Of a stretch of DNA of 61,857 nucleotides, positions 51,759-61,857 are shown one piece after another. The stretch comes from Folioceros fuciformis (Eukaryota): the NCBI GenBank assembly GCA_049999805.1, contig JBNGIO010005482.1:1-61857 (forward strand). Reading direction: 5' to 3'. How positions within the stretch are numbered: position 1 is the first letter of the stretch; the number at the start of each line of letters is the position of its first letter. The notes beneath the pieces were generated by a model. The model was not told where the DNA came from. It saw only the letters and a program-made list of their open reading frames with translations, and did no database searches. The translations under genes and the position numbers were made by a program.

Positions 51759-54160
51759 TGTAAAACGAAAAATGATAGAATCATATTATACATTTAATTA
51801 CATCTCCTTTTATAGTCTCCTGAAAGGGTGTGACTCTTAGTCTAGAGGGTTAACCTAACCTAACTAGACTGATATTCTAATACTCCCCCCTCAAGTATGT
51901 TAGTCTGGCTTATTGTCTTGATTAGGAAGACCACAAACTCCTAGCAAGGCTGTACAGACGAAGCGCTTGTCGTGAGGCACGCTTTTGGTTAAGATGTTTG
52001 CTCCCATAAACTCGTTTGGGCAATACTTGACTCGCATGTCCCCTGATGCACATTTCTCGCACACAAAGTGATATTGGAGATCAATGTGCTTGGACTTGGA
52101 ATTGAATTTGGGGTTGCTGGCAAGAGCGAGAGCGGATTGGTTGTCAATCTTGATGACCACTAGCTTCTCCTGCATCATACCAAGTTCATCAAGGAGCCTG
52201 ATGCGGTCAACAATGCGCTTGGTGGCAAGAGTCGCAGCCATGTACTCAGATTCGGTGGAAGAGAGTGTTGTGGCTGTTTACAGCTTGTATCACAAACATA
52301 GTAATGTGAATCAACCTTTGAGGAGGGTGCACTCGTAGAGTCAACATTAAAAGGAGAGGCATCCCCCCTATACCGGAAAAGAGTTGGAGGGGTTGCTCAT
52401 AGAAAATAACATCATGAGCGAAGACTCGATGGCGAGTATCCGTTCAATAGATAAGCCTTGATGGTCTCATTGTAGCCCAAAAGAATACCTGCTTGAGACC
52501 CTAAGGGGGTTTGCATAGGACCAAGTAGTTATGTGTTTACAAGACCTAAAGGTTTAGGGCTTCTAGAGGAACCAATAGGGAACTTCGTCCGCTGCTGCTT
52601 ACCCAAAGCACAACTAGGGCAGAAGGAGAGGTCAGAAAGGGATTTCAAGGGAAATCCAGAGACATAGGCTGTAGGGTTTTCATCCGTTGCAAGCCTGTGT
52701 AACCTAGCCTAAAATGCCATAGGTTAGTTAACGTAGAAGCGGACTTGGTCGAATAAAGTGAGTTGGCATGGTGGGATAGACTACCATGCTTGGGTCTAGG
52801 TAGAACCTCATTAGCATGGTAGCTAGGGCTGGTGCGTAAGATAAACAACTGACCAAGTTGTTGATAGGTGCAAACGAGCTGACGGGTTTGATCATGGATT
52901 GAGACTAGGTTAGGAGCAAATTCAAAAGAGTAACCAACTTCGAGAGCTTGGTCAACGAAGACTAGGTTCTTGCTGAGGTGAGGAACATAAAGAACGTTGT
53001 GAAGCTCACGTACCTAGTTGTGGGGCAAGGTGATAGCCAATGTACCTGAGCCTTTGATCTCATGTCGAGAGTCATCACCAAGGTAGACAAAGCTCTTTGT
53101 TGCATTGGGCTGGAAAGTGACAAACCATTCATGATGGCCCATCATATGTTGGGTAGCTTTTGTGTCTACAAACCGTGTGTGTGAATCAATAGTGATGCTC
53201 AAGCAAGCGACGAACAAGCAAGCACCAGTTGTGGCGCTGCTTGTTGAAGGATGCTTCCGAATGTGGGCAAGACGCTTTCGGCAGTCGAGTTGGTGGTGGC
53301 TAGGTAACTTGCAATAGAAACAGGTTCCAAGTTGGTGCTGTTTATGCGAACGAGGGCCCTGAGGGGGACCTCTATTGGGGGGTCCTCTCAAGCCAGAGGG
53401 TCCACGCGGGAACAAGCCTCTCGTGCGAGTATGTCGACCACCAACGAAGAGGACAATACTTTTGGGGTCAGAGGTCTCTCTGGCCTTCTTGCGTTGCTCC
53501 TCTTGGCGAAGAAGGGAGATGGTCTCATCAAGCGTCCTAGGGTTAGCTGTCTGTGTCATGACAAGGGCGGACCACAATGGTGGCATTGCCTAACGCAGTT
53601 GAACAGAGGCATTGTGGTTTGACACAGTGGTGCCGATAATCTCCACTGAATCCTCCAAGTTCATGAACTTATTCACAAAATACTCGACAGATTCAAGCTC
53701 AAACATGCGAACAATATAGAACTTCCGCGTCATGTAACCCTTGATGACGGCATTATCAAAAACGTATTTCTTCTTGAGATAGTCCCAAACCTCTTTGGAG
53801 GTGGGCAAATGTCGAACAACATTCATCTAAGCATCCTTCATGTATAACATCAAGTTTGCACGAGCTTGGCGGTCCTTAGAGTCCCTCTCGTTCTTGCTAC
53901 CGGGTCCACTAACCAGCGTATGCCGACATGTGCCGCCATGAGTGGGAGTGGTGTGACCAAGTGTGGATCGGACCTCTAAACAACACCAAATAAATCTTCT
54001 CACAAGAGAAAGACTTCAATCTTGTGACTCCAAGCCGCACACTTAGTCCCATCAAAGAAGTTAACGAGTCTACTAGAGGAGTCATGGAACCCCATAATAA
54101 TGCAAGAAATAGAAGCAAAAGACAAATTGTATTACAACATAAGTTTGAAGTCCAAGGCAC
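51759..54160 (-). mobile_element. Degenerate, internally deleted Ty1/copia retrotransposon
   Basis: gag with CFYCKLPSHHQLDC zinc knuckle, protease-like FVDTKATQHM, GAG-pre LWHFRLG, RNase H IKIDNQSALALASNPKFNSKSKHIDLQYHF; PPT (purine-rich G-run) at about 51883-51894; probable ~124-bp 3' LTR at 51759-51882; no integrase core or RT seen. Confidence 0.85.
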
Positions 54161-55062
54161 TTGTGGTCAGAAGATGGATCAAGTTCACAAAGGTGAGCAA
54201 AGATATCAAGCAGGTCCAAATTGATCTATGTCAGAGAGTTCCAAACAAAAGAAAGCCAGCCAAAGTGGTGCGCAAGAGTGATGTTGGATGTGTTTGGCTC
54301 GATAGGTGGATCGACAATCTCCTATTTGATGGCGACGGTCTAGGTGGCAAGAATGTGCATGGCCAAACTACGGGTTGGAGTAGGCGAGAAACCTATAGGG
54401 GTTGAAGGGGTAAGGGGAAGGGGTAAAGGCGACTATCCAGGGACAGCTGAAATGGTCATTGATTCAGCCCCGGGCGCAAGCTCATGTCCGTTTGCCAAAG
54501 CAGGAACCTGAGGGACGAAACGGTGGCCACTCAGCGAAGCGGTGCTAGGGGATGGCACCATTCTAAATAGTGGTCCTAACTCCTGCGACACCCACGACAA
54601 TGGCACCCCTAGCACCTCACCCCTTTGATCAGGGCGCATCGATTCGGGGCAGCGTGTGCGTGCGAGTGCGCGTGGGCCAAGCGGTTGCTCCTCTCCCCAA
54701 ATAGCGGCCCAAGGTGTGGCCTTGTGCAAATTGGTGGAGCACAAAGATTCGGTAATCCCAGCAAAAGTCATTGGATTTCCAACATAATTCACCAGGGATT
54801 CTTCAAATTCCGAGTCACAAGGTCCAGTAGTCCTTGTCTCATGTTGAATTGCACGCAAATCTTCTTCACTCCAACCATGGGAAGGTCATTTAGGGCTCGG
54901 GCACCGACAATAATTGTCGAGATGAGTTCCTTGAGGATGGGAGGCCTGGGCATAAGGTGTGTGGCGTTGTAAAGCAAAATTATTAGACGAGAATGCGAGG
55001 ACGCCTGGTGGTAAGCTGCGCATCCATCTGGGCACCACATGCGATCTAAGAGTCACAAAATG

Positions 55063-58000
55063 TGTGAACGGCGTGCAAGATGTGGAGGTTGTGCAAGCGG
55101 TTGTTGCCAAAACTAAATGAACAATACAATTAAAATGTTTACAAAAATGTGTTTATATACTTATGACCTAGAGTCATATTATTTCACTTTAATTAAATAT
55201 ATTTAATCTAAATTAAATATATACAACCCTAAGTGTGACATAGCTTGTTATCTTAACACTCCCTCTCATGATTCACGCTTAGGTATTGGTTTGTCCAAAG
55301 CAGTCTCCACAAAACAAAACAAAACCAATAGTCCACCAGCGGCCAATGATTCTCCATGCATGGGGCGTCTCCCACTCTATGGTAGAAAACACATGTGCTA
55401 GCGGCGTGGTTGCAGTAGCTCTGAATTTGAAGAAAAACTCATGAACAAACAACTTGAAGATAAATAACTCACGACTGATTGTCTACATGTGGCTTCATCC
55501 ACTGAGTTATCTGTTCTCCCATGTATTATGTGCCATTCACATATGCTGAGTAATCACCCAGCCCTAAGCCATCCATATGCTTATAGTGTTTTGGCTTTGA
55601 AAGTGCTTTGGTTAGAATGTCGGCCACATTATCATCTGTTCCAACAAAGCTAACCTTTGTTACCCCTCTATCTACAGCATCCCTGATGTAGTGATGGGAT
55701 ATCTCTATATGCTTTGTGCATGCGTGGAAACGAGTTAACATGAGTTAACACGAGTTAGCAACCAAAGCAAGTGCTAACATGTTGTCACAAAGTATGGGGG
55801 TAGGATCCTATTGTGTCTGCCCCAAGTCTTGTAAAAACATCCTCTCCCATTCAGCCTCCTTGGTGGCTTCAGTGAGAGATTTATACTCTGCCTCCGTTGA
55901 AGACAAAGATATGGAGGGTTGTTTCTTGCTTCTCCAATTGATGGCAGCTCCTGCAAGAAGAAAGCAATATGTGGAGAGGCTGCGATAGGAGTCACCATCA
56001 GACGCCCAATCGGCATCTGTAAAACCTTGTAGAATGAGTTTAGCCTTGCCACTACGCTTATATATGAGCCCATGTGTCAAAGTGCCTTTTAAGTATCTGA
56101 AAACACACTTAACGGCAACCCAATGAGCCCTACCCAGATGTTCTAGAAATTGCAACACTATGCTTACAGCATACTGAATATCAGGTCGGGTCCAATTCAC
56201 CACAAAAATGAGACTTCCAACAGCGTGTCTATATGGAACATCTTGCATATCCAACTGCTCCTCTAGGGTTTGCGCACATTGAAGAGTAGTGACCTTCACA
56301 CCCATAGCAGCAGGAGTAGTAGCTGGTCGTGCCTCATCCATATGAAACTTAGTCAAAATTTCCTTGATGTACTTGTTTTGATGTATGGCCATCAACCCAT
56401 CAGCCCTCACCAATTGGATCCCTAAACAAAACTTCAAGTCACCAATATCCTTCATTTCAAATTTGTTAGATAAAAGCTGCTTGACATGTTCTAAAAGGGT
56501 CTTGTCATTTGTGGCTAATATTACGTCATCAACGTATAAAGCCAAAATAACGTATGAGGAGCCTTGGGTAAGCATATATATATTGGAATCAGCAATACTT
56601 TGTACAAAGATAATTTCCAATAGTAAATATGCATGGTAAAGTACCATACTCTACCAGATTGCTTGATCTACATCCTAATGGATTGAGATCTAACCACAGG
56701 AGTGAATGTCTCTTGATAATCTAGGCCTTCAACCTGCGTGAATCCCCTAGCAATGAGTCGAGATTTATAACGTGCTATCTCTCCTTTGAAGTTGAGCTTG
56801 TGCTTGAAAACCCACTTGCACGAGATGGGTTTTCTGCCATGTGGCAAATCCACTAACTTCCAAGTATTGTTCTTGATCAAGGATTGATACTCATCCTCTA
56901 CTGATATGCGCCACTTGTCACCATCAGAGCCCAATAGGGCTTGCTTCAAACTGATTGGCTCATTAGGGATGACAGCAGCAAGTGATGTGGAAGTGTTGCG
57001 AAAATCTATAGACTCGTAGGGGGGCTCAATCCACTCGGCTCTAGGTGGTCTTTGGCGGGTGGATCTGCACAACTTGGGTTCTGGTGGAACTTCTACAACT
57101 TGTGGCGGTATGACGTCTGGCTCTAAAGCAGGTTCATGGTCATCCTGAATAAGGTCAAGAACTACATCTTCCATGAGAGGTTCATGGTCATGTGTAGGGT
57201 CATGTTGGATATCTTGTGCATCTAAAACAGGCGGAGGGTTAGCTGACAACTCATCATCTTGTGGATACACAGCAGGTACCTCATAAGTGTCCTGCTCATC
57301 ATCATGATCAGCTAATGGATGTGCTCCCTCTGCCGCAGGATGTGCTCCCTCTGTTGACGTTGCCGGTTCACCATGGGCACAGCTAGGTTCAATGAAAGTG
57401 ATGCTACGAGCTAAGGTTAAAGAGTGAGTAACCGGATCATAGAGCTTGTATGCCTTGGCAGTCTCACTGTATCCGATGAAAACAAGGCCCTTTGCTCTCA
57501 TGTCAAGCTTCCTCCTCTTTGCGGAAGGGATATAAGCAAATGCCTTAGCTCCAAATACTCGAAGATGCAGTAGACTAGGTTTACGCTTCCAGAATACCTC
57601 ATATGGTGTCCTTCCATGTACAGCACTGGTGAGCACGCGATTGAGAATGTACGTTGCAGCAACTACAGCCTCTGCCCAATACCCTTGAGGGAGACCTGTC
57701 CGAAGCAACATACTCCTTGTCATTCGTAACAGAGTTTGGTTCTTGCTCTCGGCAACTCTATTCTGTTGTTGACTATAGGGTACAATTAGTTGACGCTGAA
57801 TGCCATGTTGTGCAAGGTACTCGTCGAAAGCGGCGTTGAAAAATTCCGTCTCATTGTCCGTGCGCAGCATTCTAAGAAGATGACCAGACTGTCGCTAGGC
57901 AACTAGTAACCATTTGTGGAAACAAGTGAATGTATCACTCTTCAACTACATAGGAAAGGTCCCCGTATACCTACTATAGTCGTCGGTCAAGCATAAGTAG

Positions 58001-61000
58001 TAACGAGATCCTCCAAGTGAAGCCTTATGTATCTTCCTAGATATGTCTGCATGGACTAGCTCCAATACTTGTGATGCCCTATGTGCAGGTGCGGTAGGGA
58101 AAGGAGCCTCCTTCTTCTTGGCAAGGATACATGTTTCGCAAACTGTAAGGTCCTTGAAACACTTGGGTAGGGGTTCTCGAAAACATTCCTTGTTGGACAT
58201 GTCCACCAGCTTTGCTCAGTTGACGTGTCCAAGGCGAGCATGCCACAATGCAGCCAACTTCTTCAGGTCCATATGAGTACTCCCTATGGAACATACTGTA
58301 TGAGTAGGTTTGCAGTTGATGTTTAGCTTGTACAAGTCGTTGATTACCAACCCCTCGAAGGCACAGATGCTAGGTGAATCTGCCTTGCTAAAGGGACAAG
58401 ACACCTGGTCAGCTTGCATAAGAAGAGCATGCGACTTCAACAATTTGCTAAGTGACATCAAATTCTTCGCCATCCCTAGGACATACAATACCCTGTCAAG
58501 GGTAAGCTCTGTGTTGTCCGGCAAGATAAAGGTACACATCCCATGCCCTCTAATCTGCAATCCAGTCTCAGCCCTCTCATCTCCCAACAACACTTTCTCA
58601 AATACCTTGAGTAGATGCAGATGTGAAAACAGGTCCTTGTCCATACAAATATGTGTAGTTGCTCCAAAGTCCAGATACCAACTAGTACGATCCCTCGTGG
58701 AGCCAGACAAGCAAACAGTATAAATCATGGTCACCTCCAGACTTGCCTTTCACTGCCATGCTGGAAGTAGGTTTGGGCTGACGCAGCGGCTCGCCTGCCT
58801 TCTTCTTGCGACAGTCACGGGCCCAGTGCCCTGCTATCCCACACCAATTACAATTCCTTGTCCTTTTAGTGGAAGAAGATCCAAAGTCGTCATCACGCTG
58901 ACCGAACCCTTGAGTCTTCCCTTTATTTTTGTTCGGCTTGAACTTCGCAGCCAAAACCCTTTCACTCTTGTGTTTATGTCCACCTGACATAAGCTGCCGA
59001 CTTTGCTCCTCCTGGTACAATGCGCCAATAACATCCTCCAATGTCAGGGTGTTGGATGTTGTCACAGCCCCTGCAAGGTGAATTGGCCCATTTTGTATAC
59101 TCACAAAATTTTGATAGGATGGTGGAAGGCTAATCAGTAGTTGGACAATGGCATCCTCTTCATCCATAGTAGAACCAAAAGATACCAGGTCCGCGCGTAA
59201 ATGTCTGAACTTGCTTGTAAAAACTGCAACCTTATCAGACTCCTTCATCTTAAGTGTGAACAGCTCCTGTCTAGCAACACAAAGGGCCATCCGATTACGC
59301 ACCCGGTATGCTTTTTCAAGCTGCGCCCAGATCTCGTGAGCCTTGAGCAAATATTCTACATCTGGAATTAAAACAGCATCCAAACCACTTATGATTAGCG
59401 CTACAGCAAGTTCGTTGGCTGAAGTCCATTCGTCCAGGAGGGTTTGTTGAGCAGTTAAAAGTGTAGTTCCTAGGACTACTGCGGCTGGCTCCTTGCGGGT
59501 CCCGTCGACCACAGTCCACACTTTCCTAGTGACAAGAACAACCCTCATCCGAACACGCCAAATGTGATATTGGTTACCATTAAATTTATCCTTTTCTTTT
59601 AATTCAGATATTGAAGAGGAGCCAGATGAGGTAGACATGTTTACATGAGTGTTGGAATATATGCTATGTGATGATGGTTGTGCTTGCTGTTGGGTTTTTC
59701 TTTTATTTGTCTTGGGTGTGCTTATGTGTATTCCTAGAAGAGGATCGTCATCTGACGAGCTTGAATCCTCTTCGTGCTCAAAATCAGAATCCCTACCTCC
59801 AAAAAGTGACATACAATGGCTCTCCCACTAGACTGGCTAGGTTTTTTTCCTTTTTTGGGAGAAAAATAGGTTACTGATTTATTGATTTATTGTGCAGGAG
59901 GCTATGGTGGAGTCATATGTTCGGGGGAGGGTAGATTGCTATATGCCCGACCTCAGACTGATAGCTACCACATTGCTTTCAAACATACACAAAATTAGGG
60001 AGCAACGAGAAACCGTGACAAGAAAAAAAAACAAGCAAGCAAGCTGTGCATCACGTGAAATAACAAGAGGAAACACCTCCTCACAAGACACAGTGCTCAC
60101 TCGTGCAGCGAAAAAGGCTGACAGCACAAGAAGAAAACCTGCCCAGTATCAATCCTGTCCAATAGCCTCCATGAATCGAGAAAAGTAGAAACACAATGAA
60201 AACTTAACGCCGCTCCAAGCGATCAAACAGCATCGGATGCGGCCAAGGTTTGTGCCGGGGAGGACCCAAGCAACTCATGTCACAAGGGATCAATCAGCGT
60301 GCATTCCTTGCAGAAGTTTGCCCAAAAAAGAACACCTGTATGGCAAAAAAAACGAGCACACTACCACCTATGATCCACCCGCACCGCACCAACATCCACA
60401 AACCTAACTGTCACATGCCAAGTTCGGAAAATGCGCGCACCTCACCATATCCCAGCAGCGTGCCCCTCCTTCTAATTGTCACAGGAGCATCCCGCCGGAG
60501 GCTGATTCCAAGGCCAGATCGAACGCGCCAGTTTGAATCTTGGCCTCCCCCTGCAGCGGAAGCAAAAAAACTAGGGGGATGAGGCACCACCATCTCTGGT
60601 GGTGCCCAACATCAAATCTCCAGGCCAAAAACGCTGTGCCTGGCTGATCCGGGCTCCTGCCTGTGTTGCACCCGACCTGGCAGCCACCGGGTCCTCCACC
60701 TTCTGGCCGGGGCTCAATCCTACCGAGCACAACAATTTGCAAGAAAAGCCTGCTGCTGTGCTGCTCACCTGGTCGCCTCCTGCGCCTCCATCACCCGGAG
60801 CGACCGTTCGAAGAAGGGGCTGTGTGGATGGCAAGCTGTACAGGCAGTGCGGGCCGAGGCGGGGTAGAGATCCTCTCGGGATCGCGTCTTTGTGACAAAG
60901 AGTACTTTGTCCAGGGATAAACACCCTCCAAGTAGCTGAGTGTGGTTTGGTGGTTTAGAGCTATGCGTTCCACCCGTCATCAGATGTAATCCCGCCTAGG

Positions 61001-61219
61001 CATTTGCTAAAATCTTGTGTGGCCAGTGCATGGCTCTGATACCATGTGAACGACGTGCAAGATGTGGAGGTTGTGCAAGCAGTTGTTACCAAAACTAAAT
61101 GAACAATACAATATAAAATGTTTACAAATATGTGTTTATATACTCATGACCTAGAGTCATGTTATTTCACTTCGACTAAACATATTTAATCTAAATTAAA
61201 TATATACAACCCTAAGTGT
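55063..61219 (-). mobile_element. Near full-length Ty1/copia LTR retrotransposon with frameshifts and stops
   Basis: 3' LTR 55063-55258; PPT 55259-55268; RT (LALYVDD, TRPDI) and RNase H (GFTDADWA, LSSTEAEY); integrase (LRTDN..EF, AESKNQTL, RRKLD); gag with CNWCGIAGHWARDC; PBS TGGTATCAGAGCCA at 61031-61044; 5' LTR from 61045, interrupted at 61219. Confidence 0.95.
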
Positions 61220-61857
61220 TGTAGAGTTATTAAAGCCCAATGTGCTTAGACTAATGTGTTTAGTCTAAGATTAGTGTCTAGTTAAGTATCATTAGTTTAG
61301 ATTAGCTTAAGCTAATCTGTAGGAAGCTTCTTGCACAGCTTCCTGTGTGCTTCTTGTGAAGCTTCCTAGGGAGCTCTTCTAGAGGGTATAAATACCCCCT
61401 TGAGCTCCCTTGCATATCGAGACCTTTTGTGAGGGTGTGTCCTCTCCTCTCCTTCACCATGCTCCTCTAGTCATCCTTCAAGTAGTATCAGAGCTTGGTT
61501 GCGGAGCAAAAAAGGTGATGTCCGTGGGTGATGCAGACAGACGCTCAAGGCTATGCGGTGCGAGGCTCTCCAACCCCACTGTGCAAGGAGTGGCAGCACG
61601 GAGCAGGAGTGATCTTGGGCTGTGTGCAACGTCTGGGGAGCTTGAAGTTTGCTAGGAACACCAAGAGCGCCTGTGCATAGGGCGCTTAGCAGCGGGCGCA
61701 CAGAGCGCCCCGGCCGTAGCGGGCTCACAGACCCCGGCCGGCGGGCCGCCAGACCCGGCCCAAGGGGCCGTCAGCCCCGTAGGCGAGGGCCTTCAACCCC
61801 GGCTGACGGGCCATGCGAGCTACCAGCCTCGCGGCCAGGACCGCCCGGCCCCCCAGC
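61220..61857 (+). mobile_element. 5' LTR and start of a third LTR retrotransposon inserted in the copia LTR
   Basis: TG...CA unit 61220-61480 with TATAAATA at about 61387, followed by TAGTATCAGAGC (one mismatch to the Met-i PBS); begins exactly where LTR homology to 55063-55258 stops. Confidence 0.8.

Overview
Eukaryotic nuclear DNA from a seed-free land plant, most likely a hornwort. That is an inference from the compact gene spacing, ~80-150 bp introns and a DYW:KP-type PPR protein. The left two-thirds is gene-dense: RNA Pol I/III subunit AC40, an intronless PLS-class PPR gene with a DYW:KP (U-to-C editing type) domain, cyclin H, a plastid sigma-70 factor, an ATX1/2-like H3K4 methyltransferase, plastid pyruvate kinase alpha, and two convergent class III peroxidase paralogs. 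The right third holds tandem orphan duplications, decayed PPR fragments and nested LTR retrotransposons (two Ty1/copia plus the start of a third element). Best leads: (1) one peroxidase paralog has an extra, non-canonical 186-nt GT-AG intron, absent from its sister gene, that carries an intact antisense tRNA-Ala(CGC) gene; (2) a ~4.1-kb AT-rich island (about 27.5-31.55 kb) with a hidden 3-exon orphan gene, a stand-alone chromodomain-like ORF and two convergent ORFs sharing one TTAA stop; (3) the DYW:KP protein ending in DKP; (4) both peroxidases lack both cysteines of one conserved disulfide. All exon boundaries and comparisons were read by eye; no searches were run.
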